Shown here: positions 39,099-49,149 of the stretch, piece after piece
Layout: every line of letters begins with the position of its first letter
How positions within the stretch are numbered: the stretch's first letter is position 1
Program-made: the position numbers and the translations under genes
The notes under the pieces: model-generated
What the model was told of the DNA's origin: nothing
Seen by the model: the letters and a program-made list of their open reading frames with translations, nothing else
The model's database searches: none
Source of the DNA: Ranitomeya imitator
Lineage: Eukaryota
NCBI RefSeq assembly: GCF_032444005.1
Contig: NC_091291.1
Location: 120,652,001-120,716,000, forward strand
Direction of reading: 5' to 3'
Length of the DNA stretch: 64,000 bases

Positions 39099-40016
39099 CT
39101 GCACCGAAATAACGTGCGTTACTATAATTCGTGAGGGGGGCCCACAACCATTACGCAGTACAAGGATCACCTTGCAATATTTTACCCCTGCCATGGTCAT
39201 CAATGATCCCAATAAGGCTAGGATCATTCCAGCCTTAGACATTCCCAGTGCAGGGCACAAATGTCTGATAGGTTCCACTTTTAGGCCATTCATGCGTACC
39301 GTAATCGGTTACACGGCACAATCCATGCCGTTAAACGGCAGTGGATCAGCTGAAGACAAGCCAATGGACGGTCTTTTGCTGGGTCTGTATAGGCAGGCTG
39401 ACGACCATTCTATACCCACAGAACGATTGTTAATACGATCGATCGTTCTGTGCACATAGGATGTCATAATACTCTGCAGAACTTCCTGTTTACACATGAC
39501 ATAGGGTATACGTGAGTTCCGTGACCTGGAAAAAATTACCCCAACCCCCTTAAACAGATCTCTTAACAATCTAAAGAATAAACTTCTAACGTACTCAAAA
39601 CAGCAGACGGAGACATATGTTGGATTTAATTGGCCACAGCAGCCATTTTATTAAATAAAAGATAACAGAACTTTTATGACAACCCAGAATAGGAGGGGCG
39701 GTCCTCGAAGCCCCAAAGTTATAAAAAACTCAGTATCCCAAAAACTCCACAATGTTCAGCCCAGGATGAGTCTTACCCCCAGCCGTAAAGCACCAGCTCA
39801 GGGATAGATAACAACCAATCCTGGTCCACCGAACCCACCCCCATGCCAGGGGTCCATAAATCCACCTCACGCGGAATAACCGTACCGCGCCTTGTTAAAT
39901 TCTCTCATGGGGTGTCCAGGACCTCTCAAGATCCCCACCCCATTGAACCACGATTTACCATTTCCACCAACTTCGAGGACCTCCACCCCCGCCACGAACA
40001 CGAATGGCCTGACACC

Positions 40017-40601
40017 TTAGCCATTCATGTCCCTCCACACCTTCAAGCTTAATTCAATGCCACTACGGATAGCCAAACACCACATATCATTACCCACCGC
40101 GTTCAGGTGCACGCCATCAGCTCTCCAGTAAGCTCCTTGACCCGATTCCAAGTCCACATGTCTCACGGCCAACGCGCCATTCCTCACCATAAACCGAGAT
40201 ATGGCCCTGTTTATTTTAATCCGGGCCCTGTTCACCCCCTCGTGTGATCTAGCACCTCTCCATCTTTTACGGGGAATGATGTCGGACCACACCAACAACA
40301 CTTTTGGAAACATGACCCAGAACCTCAGGATATCGAATTTGATATCCTCAATCAGCTCCCTACAAGACCGTTTAGCCAAATCATTCCCCCCTGAATGTAT
40401 CACCACGATCTCCGGCACTCTATCCAGTCTAACAAAACGATGAAATTCAGGTAACCATTCCTTCCACACCATCCCCCTTTTACCGATCCATCGTAAAGTC
40501 ACTGTCTCTCGAGAAAGACCCAACTGACGACCGTCCGGACGAACCGCAGCACGCAACGCAGCCCATACAACATACGAATGCCCCATGATCCAGACGAGCA
40601 T
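40017..40601 (-). CDS. SGNH/GDSL-family hydrolase (esterase) of the Ngaro-like element, intact
   Basis: Block I GHSY, block II G, block III GGND, block V DGVH; 194 aa with no stops. Confidence 0.88.
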   Translation of the reverse strand: MLVWIMGHSYVVWAALRAAVRPDGRQLGLSRETVTLRWIGKRGMVWKEWLPEFHRFVRLDRVPEIVVIHSGGNDLAKRSCRELIEDIKFDILRFWVMFPKVLLVWSDIIPRKRWRGARSHEGVNRARIKINRAISRFMVRNGALAVRHVDLESGQGAYWRADGVHLNAVGNDMWCLAIRSGIELSLKVWRDMNG

Positions 40602-41079
40602 CGGATCAGGCCCTGCAACACAGAAAGAAAGGCAACAAACAATTAACTTAACACAGCTTCTAACTCACAATAGGTTTGGGCGAACATACGACTGGAATCT
40701 TGAAGATTCCCACCTCCCAATTCTCCGAACCACATCCTCGCCAAGGCCCCACCTAGCGGCCTCAGTCGCTGCCCCGATCCTGAAGGAGTGACCACTATAT
40801 TGTGTTGCAGGTAAGCCCGCTGCCGCCAAACATTTCCTAAAAACAGAAATGAACTGAAAACGGGACAAGAAAGACCCATTTTCGTGCACCAAGAATGGCT
40901 CGTCTAACACCCCGCCTTTTGCCATGTACTTCTTCACGGATGCCACCGGGCACACCGGGGATCCTTCAACATTGAACAACACCACTTTGCACCCTTTCCC
41001 ATACACGTCCGTTTTGGAAGCCTTAATAAACACTACCACCTTATTCCCTTCGACATCCACGTTTTCTCTTAACAAAATA

Positions 41080-43353
41080 CCGTATATACTCGAGTATAAG
41101 CCGACCCGAGTATAAGCCGACCCCCCTAATTTTGCCACAAAAAACTGGGAAAACTTATTGACTCGAGTATAAGCCTAGGGTGGAAATGCAGCATTTACCG
41201 GTGAATTTCAAAAATAAAAATAGATCATTATTTCCCCATAGCTGTGCCATATAGTGCTCTGCACCGTTCATATTTCCCCATAGGTGTGAACCATATAGTG
41301 CTCTGCACCGTTCATTGTGCCCCCTAGCTGTGCCATATACGGTGCTCTGCACCGTTCATTGTGCCCCATAGATGTGCCATATACGGTGCTCTGCACCGTT
41401 CACTGTGCCCCATAGCTGTGCCATATACGGTGCTCTGCACCGTTCACTGTGCCCCATAGCTGTGCTGTGCCATATACGGTGCTCTGCACCGTTCACTGTG
41501 CCCCATAGCTGTGCCATATACGGTGCTCTGCACCGTTCACTGTGCCCCATAGCTGTGCTGTGCCATATACGGTGCTCTGCACCGTTCACTGTGCCCCATA
41601 CATAGCTGTGCTGTGCCATATACGGTGCTCTGCACCGTTCACTGTGCCCTATAGCTGTGCTGTGCCATATACGGTGCTCTGCACCGTTCACTGTGCCCCA
41701 TAGCTGTGCTGTGCCATATACGGTGCTCTGCACCGTTCACTGTGCCCCATAGCTGTGCTGTGCCATATACGGTGCTCTGCACCGTTCACTGCGCCCCATA
41801 GCTGCGCTGTGCCATATACGGTGCTCTGCACCGTTCACTGTGCCCCATAGCTGTGCTGTGCCATATACGGTGCTCTGCACCGTTCACTGTGCCCCATACA
41901 TAGCTGTGCTGTGCCATATACGGTGCTCTGCACCGTTCACTGTGCCCTATAGCTGTGCTGTGCCATATACGGTGCTCTGCACCGTTCACTGTGCCCCATA
42001 GCTGTGCTGTGCCATATACGGTGCTCTGCACCGTTCACTGTGCCCCATAGCTGTGCTGTGCCATATACGGTGCTCTGCACCGTTCACTGCGCCCCATAGC
42101 TGCGCTGTGCCATATACGGTGCTCTGCACCGTTCACTGCGCCCCATAGCTGCGCTGTGCCATATACGGTGCTCTGCACCGTTCACTGTGCCCCATAGCTG
42201 TGCTGTGCCATATACGGTGCTCTGCACCGTTCACTGTGCCCCATAGCTGTGCTGTGCCATATACGGTGCTCTGCACCGTTCACTGTGCCCCATAGCTGTG
42301 CTGTGCCATATACGGTGCTCTGCACCGTTCACTGTGCCCCATAGCTGTGCTGTGCCATATACGGTGCTCTGCACCGTTCACTGTGCCCCATACATAGCTG
42401 TGCTGTGCCATATACGGTGCTCTGCACCGTTCACTGTGCCCTATAGCTGTGCTGTGCCATATACGGTGCTCTGCACCGTTCACTGTGCCCCATAGCTGTG
42501 CTGTGCCATATACGGTGCTCTGCACCGTTCACTGTGCCCCATAGCTGTGCTGTGCCATATACGGTGCTCTGCACCGTTCACTGTGCCCCATAGCTGTGCT
42601 GTGCCATATACGGTGCTCTGCACCGTTCACTGTGCCCCATAGCTGTGCTGTGCCATATACGGTGCTCTGCACCGTTCACTGTGCCCCATAGATGTTCCAC
42701 ATAAATTTGTGCCGCCGCTGCCGCAATAAAGAAAAAAAAACACATACTCGCCTCCCTTGATTGCAGCTCCCGGCGTCTCGTTCCGGCGCCTCCATCTTCC
42801 CGGCGTCTCTGCTCTGACTGATCAGGCAGAGGGCGCCGCGCACACTGTATGCGTCATCGCGCCCTCTGCCTGAACAGTCAGAGAGCAGAGACGCCGGGAA
42901 GATGGAGGCGCCGGCCGGGAAGATGGATCGGCGCCCGGCGGCTGGAACGAGGACAGGTGAATATGCGATACTTACCTAGTCCTGGCGATCCTCGCGCTGT
43001 CCCTCTGCCTGGTCTTCGGTGCCGCAGCTTCTTTCTCTATCAGCGGTCACCGGCACCGCTGATTAGAGAAATGAATAAGCGGCTCCGCCCCTATGGGAGG
43101 TGGAGCCGCTTATTCATTTCTGTAATGAGCGGTCCCACGTGACCGCTGAAGAGAGGAAGAAACTGCAGCGCCGAAGCCCGTGGGACGGCAGGGACAGCGC
43201 GAGGATCGCTGGGACTAGGTAAGTATACCTCAGCGCCCTCACCCCCTCACCCGCCGACCCCACCGCTACCGTGACTCGAGTATAAGCCGAGGGGGGCACT
43301 TTCAGCCCAAAAATTTGGGCTGAAAATCTCGGCTTATACTCGAGTATATACGG
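41080..43353. mobile_element. Tc2/pogo-like non-autonomous TA-target element inserted in the YR gene
   Basis: TIR CCGTATATACTCGAGTATAAGCCGA at both ends; TA TSD at 41078-79 and 43354-55. Confidence 0.9.
41240..42700. repeat. Minisatellite, ~49-bp unit (44/49/53-bp variants), about 30 copies
   Basis: CTGTGCCATATACGGTGCTCTGCACCGTTCACTGTGCCCCATAGCTGTG repeated head-to-tail with no spacers. Confidence 0.95.
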
Positions 43354-43813
43354 TACCTTTTTTACTAACGGACGGGCTAACCAACTCACCTAACCGAAAT
43401 GCCCCAAAGAAGGCCAAAGAAAAGGCTGCACAGAACAGAACCACTTCCCATTCGGAAAAACACACCTCTTGCAACTTCCGCTCAATGGCTGAGAGCACCT
43501 CATAAGATACGGGTCGGCGACCGTCCGAAGCCTTCCAGCCTTTCTTCCAACCCCGAACAACTTGCTGAACCAAGAAGGATTTCGTTATATCCTTACCCCC
43601 CCTCCATTTAAAGGTTGAAGGCTAGCCCCGCCAGAAACTTATTCAAACGTGTCACTGACCAACCTGCCTCCCAATGATGACCTAAGAATAACAACAAACC
43701 ATACTCCTCCTCCATATCCTGGTCCATACTTGACATCCAGGATTCCCACAAGCTCCAAGCCTGATTATAATGAGACCAAGATGAATCCGCGAGCGATTTG
43801 GTAAATAACTCTG

Positions 43814-45400
43814 TTACGGCCCTCGCGGCAGGTTCCACAACTCCACTGGACAATCCCGGCCCGCGCTCTCCGCCTGTGGTGCCAAATCCCGGAAAAGCTG
43901 CCACTGAAATTGAGAAAGAGCAACAACTATTAGATCAGGCGCTGACAAGCTAACTTCAGATACAATCCATAAGTTAAACTTAAGACCCAGGAAAACCAAG
44001 TGCTGCAAGACCTTCACTACTGCAGGCGTAGCCGCTGACAACGAGTTTACCGCCGTCACCGTTCCAACATGCTCACAATGAAAAGAAATCTTCAAATTCC
44101 TCAATTTGTCACCCCACAGGGCCAACGCAACTACCCTGGGGAACAAATGCAACAGTAGCCGGTTGTTTGTTAACCCCTCCTCCTTCCATTCTTCCGGCCA
44201 AGCCGCTGCTGACCAGCTACCATGAAAGAAAAGACCAAAGCCACTCATTTCAACGACATGCACCAAAATGCCCAAGGAGGTAGCATCTGCCACCGGCTGA
44301 ATCCACAGAGATCTGCCATTGTACTCGTCCAGAAAATCCGCCCACATCTTCAAATCGTCCCGAAACTCTTTCTTTATCCTGATGAAATGCAAAGGGGACT
44401 TTACCCCTACTGTTGCCAAGGATAGGCGGCGGCAGAACGCTCGACCCATCGGCATGATCCTACATGCAAAGTTCAGTTTCCCTAACAACGATTGCAAACT
44501 GCGCAAATTTATCTTCTTCAAACCAATCGTATTAACCACATCTTGGCGCAACGCGGTAACCTTGTCTGCAGGTAGCCTACATTCCATTGCTACCGTGTCG
44601 ATTTCAATGCCTAGGAAGCTCAACACTGTCACCGGACCAACTGTTTTATCCTCCGCCAAAGGCACCCCGAAGTTTTTTGTCACACTCTCCATTGTATGCA
44701 ACAAAATCGAACAATCTGCTGATTCCGCTGGCCCTATAAACAGAAAGTCATCCAGATAGTGCGAACATGAGCGTATCCCAGACACATCTTTCACCACCCA
44801 TTCTAGGAACGTGCTGAAGGCCTCAAAGTAAGCACATGAAATCGAGCAACCCATGGGAAGACAACGATCAACAAAGAAGCCGCCATCCCAAAAACAACCC
44901 AATAAATGCAAACTGTCAGGATGAACTGGCAACAAACGAAAGGCCGCTTCGATGTCGGTCTTAGCCAGCTTAGCCCCCTTTCCACATGCTCTAACCCACT
45001 CCATCGCTGAATCGAATGATAAGTACGACACCGAACTCAACTCGGGATCAATACCATCATTAACCGAAGATCCCTTCGGAAATGACAGGTGATGGATTAA
45101 CCTAAATTTATTAGGTTCTTTCTTAGGGACCACGCCAAGAGGTGACACCCTCAGATTTGCAATCGGAGGGGCGACAAACGGGCCTGCCATTCTTCCCAGA
45201 GCAACTTCCTTATTCAACTTCTCCGACACGACCTCCGGGAATTGTAACGCCGATTTCAAATTTTTTCTTTTTAAACTAACATCCTGCTCAACATAAGGGA
45301 TTTTGAAACCCTCCTTAAAACCGTCGCGCAATAAAACTGCAGCTGACCTATCAGGGTATCTACTTAGAAAGGCCTCCATCACGACCCACTGCACCGGAGT
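43814..45400 (-). CDS. Reverse transcriptase-RNase H of the Ngaro-like element (open frame 45535-43814)
   Basis: SPLGVVPKK..FRLIHHLS, KTDIEAAFR, LPMGCSISC, HYLDDFLF; RNase H-like C-terminus overlapping the YR start. Confidence 0.9.
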   Translation of the reverse strand, partial: TPVQWVVMEAFLSRYPDRSAAVLLRDGFKEGFKIPYVEQDVSLKRKNLKSALQFPEVVSEKLNKEVALGRMAGPFVAPPIANLRVSPLGVVPKKEPNKFRLIHHLSFPKGSSVNDGIDPELSSVSYLSFDSAMEWVRACGKGAKLAKTDIEAAFRLLPVHPDSLHLLGCFWDGGFFVDRCLPMGCSISCAYFEAFSTFLEWVVKDVSGIRSCSHYLDDFLFIGPAESADCSILLHTMESVTKNFGVPLAEDKTVGPVTVLSFLGIEIDTVAMECRLPADKVTALRQDVVNTIGLKKINLRSLQSLLGKLNFACRIMPMGRAFCRRLSLATVGVKSPLHFIRIKKEFRDDLKMWADFLDEYNGRSLWIQPVADATSLGILVHVVEMSGFGLFFHGSWSAAAWPEEWKEEGLTNNRLLLHLFPRVVALALWGDKLRNLKISFHCEHVGTVTAVNSLSAATPAVVKVLQHLVFLGLKFNLWIVSEVSLSAPDLIVVALSQFQWQLFRDLAPQAESAGRDCPVELWNLPRGP

Positions 45401-47480
45401 CACCCCTTTTGTCAGCTGAATCTCCAACTTTTTGCCTGTTACCCCTGAAACATTTTGAAGCGCTATGCACCCCCCCGCAGGTTGAACACTCGTGCCTATA
45501 TTTACACTTGCTCCCGAATCTGCATATGCCATCATTGAAGGCGAAACACAGTCCCTTCTGCAAAGCCGCCGAGTGTCCTGACTGCCCTGAACTCCCGGCG
45601 CCCCCGTGAAAAGGCTGGCTAGTCTGACCTAAACGGGACGGGACCATAACTCTCATCCACAACGCTATGTCCTTGTGATCCCACCTGATACTTGGCCTAA
45701 AAGCCTTACGCTGACGAAACTGTTCGTCATAGCGTAACCAACCCTGTCCCCCATAGGTCCTGTAAGCCTCCCCTATGGCATCTAAGTAACAAAATAATGC
45801 CGAGCAATTTTCCGGGGCCTTCTCCCCGATTACGCTAGCCATAATAGCGAAAGCTTGCAGCCAATTTGAAAATGATCTGGGAATCAGCCTATATCTCCGT
45901 TTCTCCTCATCTTCTTTTTTAGAGTCCTCCCTTCTAGGTCTATCCAAATTAAATCTCTCTAGGGGTAAAAGAGAAAATATTTCTATGTACTCCCCTTTCC
46001 AGATTTTTTCCCTAACCTCTTGTTTTAAATGTGCCCCTAACGGGCCCTCGAAGCAGACATAGACCTCCCCCCTAGCCGCATCGTCTAGTTGCGGTACATC
46101 CTCCTTTTCCTTATCCTGCAAAGCTCCCTCACCTGGTGCATCAATTCCTGACCCAGGCCCTGGTGCTGTTCCGTCCTTCTCCCTTGATGAGCTCCCCGTG
46201 TCTGCCGCAGGACCCGCACTGCTGGATGTACCCGTAACTTCAGACAACTGTCTAGACCCCTCAAACGACCCCGTATTTCCCAACCAAGCAGCTGACGGCA
46301 AAGACCCCCTGCTAAGACCGGACCCCCACAAGCCCGCTAGCTCCCCTAAACCTCTAAGGATTAAACCCATACCCCCGCTAGCAACTCCCGAAGTAATGTC
46401 ACTATTCCTAGCTTCAGGGGAAACTATGCCTGGCAAATTAAAGATAGGGAAAATGTTCTCACCTAGCTGCCTGGGTGCTGTGAGCCCAGCAGCCGAAGAT
46501 CCAGCTCCCAGCCGAAGGTGTCCTGCATCCCAACCGGCTTGATCCGCGATGTTGCCCGCCGAACTCCTGGCGGCCGTATCCGTGTCCTGGCGACTCGGTG
46601 ATGCCGTCGACTGCCCTGGTGCTGCGGAAAGGGAAAAGGCCGAGCCAGCATCCTGCCGCCCGATGGAAGATGTGCGGCTCCTTGCCACGGATACGTCCCC
46701 GGCACTGCGTACCGAAGCGACGGAATGTCGCCTGCCGGAATCCGGAAAATTTCCGCCACCACCAGCAGAGGACGCAGATCCAGGAAAGTTCCGGCCATCA
46801 CCAGCAGAGGGCGCAGATCCAGGAAAATCCCGGCCATCACCAGCAGAGGGCGCAGCTGCAGGAAAATCCCGGCCAACACCAGCAGAGGGCGCAGAACTTG
46901 CAATATCCAGGCCACCACCAGCAGAGGGCGCTGCTGCGTTGAAGACTCCAGAGCTGTGCACTGCAGAAGGCCGCACGCTGATGCCAGGGCCAGCCGACTG
47001 CCGCCCGCATAATCCTCGGCGCTGAGGGGCCACCGCACCTGACCCCCGTCTCCTCGGCTGTCGCTGCCTCCCACGCTGAGCGGCGCCAGCGGGCATGCTG
47101 GCGGCCGCCGTACCGGCTCCTGCTCCTGCCGCCCCACGTCGCCCGGACACTGAAGGAGGGGAGGAAGGATCCACCCCCCGTTGTAGGCCCCGCCGCACTG
47201 GAGGATTCCTCCCGGCGCCGCGCTGTGAGGTGGAGGGAACAGCGCTGCTTACCGGAGGGTCCGCAGAGGGGCTCCTATTTCGGCGCCGGGCCCTGGGGAT
47301 GATGTCCGGGCTTAGGCGCGCCGGAGGCCTAGTCCTCCGCGGCCGGCGCCCGTCCTGCGGTGCCTGCGATGGTGCTCCCGATGTCCCCTGGAGAAGGCTG
47401 TTAACGGATGCATTCAGCCAATCTGTCCCCTGGGAGCTGGCTGCCGTCCGGAGACGCTGGAGGATCGCTTCAACGTCCAT
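45360..47480 (-). CDS. ORF1 (Gag-like) of the Ngaro-like element, 706 aa, intact
   Basis: Low-complexity N-half with 13-aa repeats; C-terminal WLRYDEQFR and CFAFNDGICRFGSKCKYRH-ECSTCGGVHSASKC zinc-finger-like motifs. Confidence 0.85.
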   Translation of the reverse strand: MDVEAILQRLRTAASSQGTDWLNASVNSLLQGTSGAPSQAPQDGRRPRRTRPPARLSPDIIPRARRRNRSPSADPPVSSAVPSTSQRGAGRNPPVRRGLQRGVDPSSPPSVSGRRGAAGAGAGTAAASMPAGAAQRGRQRQPRRRGSGAVAPQRRGLCGRQSAGPGISVRPSAVHSSGVFNAAAPSAGGGLDIASSAPSAGVGRDFPAAAPSAGDGRDFPGSAPSAGDGRNFPGSASSAGGGGNFPDSGRRHSVASVRSAGDVSVARSRTSSIGRQDAGSAFSLSAAPGQSTASPSRQDTDTAARSSAGNIADQAGWDAGHLRLGAGSSAAGLTAPRQLGENIFPIFNLPGIVSPEARNSDITSGVASGGMGLILRGLGELAGLWGSGLSRGSLPSAAWLGNTGSFEGSRQLSEVTGTSSSAGPAADTGSSSREKDGTAPGPGSGIDAPGEGALQDKEKEDVPQLDDAARGEVYVCFEGPLGAHLKQEVREKIWKGEYIEIFSLLPLERFNLDRPRREDSKKEDEEKRRYRLIPRSFSNWLQAFAIMASVIGEKAPENCSALFCYLDAIGEAYRTYGGQGWLRYDEQFRQRKAFRPSIRWDHKDIALWMRVMVPSRLGQTSQPFHGGAGSSGQSGHSAALQKGLCFAFNDGICRFGSKCKYRHECSTCGGVHSASKCFRGNRQKVGDSADKRGDSGAVGRDGGLSK

Positions 47481-48170
47481 TCTGGTAAGTGTGACAGAGA
47501 TTCCTCACTTGTCACGCAGGCACCTAAAATGGATGCCTGCGTGAGGAGCGTGCCCCTTTTTATGTGCCCCCTCCCCACAGTCCCCTAGTTCCACCCCTTA
47601 TTTTCAAAAAATGCCCCTAAAGCCACCCCTCAAGTTCCCAGTTAACCCCTTACCACCGTATCCCTTCTAACTGCTCCAGCTCCCCAGGTCCCACGTAACC
47701 CCGTCATGGCGGCCTCCCTTTACGTGCCGTGGGCCCCCAGTACGGCCTTTCTGGATAATGTGCTGCCGAGAATGCTGATTTTCTTTTTCTTAAAAATAAT
47801 TCCAGCCAACGTCCATACATTCCAATCATTCATCTGGTGATCAGCAGCCTGTTTAATGTGTCCGATAGTCAGGAACAACTTAAGCTCGTTTTAAGATTAT
47901 TGTTTCATCTAAATAGGCCATAAGTCTGAAGACAGAAGCATCTTTCCAAACCATCGACACACGTGACCCCATGATGCTACACAGAACAGGGATTGCAACT
48001 CATCCCTCCCAAAGTAATACCACACATAGCCTGAAGACAGGTGAGGCACTGTTTCAGGAAGAAAGCAAAGATTTGTCTAAACACAGATGGAAGATGGAAG
48101 GAGAGGTATGTTATACAGAGTCATCACTCTTATTATTTTATATCCACATTAATAATGGAGATTTTCCTAC

Positions 48171-48372
48171 CGGAGAGTCTGGCTACTGCATCTGCAGCAA
48201 ATACCGCCGTGGCCTCGTGTCTCGTGTCAACCACCCGTATTCCCAACTTTTCACTTGCAACCAAGATGGGCGAGATATGGCCACCAACTAGGGTGAATAA
48301 AAATTTAACACCATGGGATTGAAGCACTTCAGCCACCAACTCTCCTCCATGACAGGGACTTTGAGTTTCCAC
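48171..48372 (-). CDS. ILVBL: ILVBL coding exon 2 (catalytic Glu in TRHE)
   Basis: ATAG|GTG: [17 protein letters not shown]...[20 protein letters not shown]|GTAGG; 202 bp. Confidence 0.95.
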
Positions 48373-49149
48373 CTATGAATACAATAAATTTAGATGTATT
48401 TAGGGTCAGACGGATCAGCTTTGATACAGCGCATTACATAAAGCTAACAGAGTTCCTGGAAGAAATACACAGGAACACTGATCTGTAACTGCAATATGTT
48501 CAGAAAAAGATGGTGGTATAAGATAGGGGAGCATATTGAACTCCTGTGGCCCCATAGCAAACATCCGAATTGTGAACAGACTTCAGGCACTAGATGGCAA
48601 CAAGCCCCTTCACCCAACTCAAGGAGCCCATAGCGTTCGTGTAGGTCACCATATGTGGTATAGGAAATTCATATGATATGAGACTTGGGTGACCAGAGTC
48701 TAAAACCTCCTTTAAATGCAAGGTGTAACCTTGCTGCCTGTCCAAAGCAACAGCCGATACATGACAAAAAAAAGTTGTGATTTTCCTCAGGTTATTTGAT
48801 TGGCATTTTTCTAGAACATTGAAGCGTAAGAAGGAGATTGAGGCTGAACATACATGTCCATTGTTTAATTCTCTCCCCTTACTCCCCAGTAAAGTCAGGC
48901 CTTGTCATCTTCCATGTTCCTAGGAACGTGGGATAAGACAGTTCCCAAAGGGATTCTATCACATTTTTTTGGTCCTTTGACTGCACTTTTTAGTAACTAA
49001 GCGTTCCAGCTTGGGGTGGACTCTGATCGCTCTCTAGGCTGGAACGGCTCAGAGGATTTTCACCTGTACCACATCCTGAAAGATTCTCCACTCTTTTCTT
49101 TCTATTCCTAAGGAGGGCCAACCCTGAGACTCCTCTCTCATGGCCAACT

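Larger units (their letters stand above)
40665..43904 (-). pseudogene. Tyrosine recombinase, disrupted by a 1-bp frameshift (~43612) and the MITE insertion
   Basis: FFGAFRLGEL (R), SKTD (K), HSFRIGAA (H-x-x-R), GRWESSRFQSY (W,Y); removing 41080-43353 plus one TA restores KKG-ILLR in frame. Confidence 0.9.
39500..47752 (-). mobile_element. Ngaro-like tyrosine-recombinase retrotransposon (ORF1, RT-RNase H, YR, SGNH hydrolase), sense to ILVBL
   Basis: Overlapping ORF1/RT/YR plus a downstream hydrolase ORF, no methyltransferase domain; TATA-like ATAAAAAG ~47560; AATAAA at 39647-39652; ends estimated from where a host repeat (TTTACACA...ATAATGTGCTGCCGAGAA) is split. Confidence 0.85.

Noticed and set aside
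41240-42700. CRISPR-like array (regular repeats with an internal hairpin)
   Set aside because: Units are head-to-tail with no unique spacers, there are no cas genes, and the array lies inside a eukaryotic MITE.
46430-46462. Short in-frame intron inside ORF1 (GTGAGA...TTTGCCAG)
   Set aside because: Only 33 nt, below normal vertebrate intron size; the donor more plausibly pairs with the distal acceptor.
46198-47544. Several long antisense and alternate-frame ORFs over Ngaro ORF1 and over the RT genes
   Set aside because: Expected shadows of GC-rich coding sequence, with no independent motifs.
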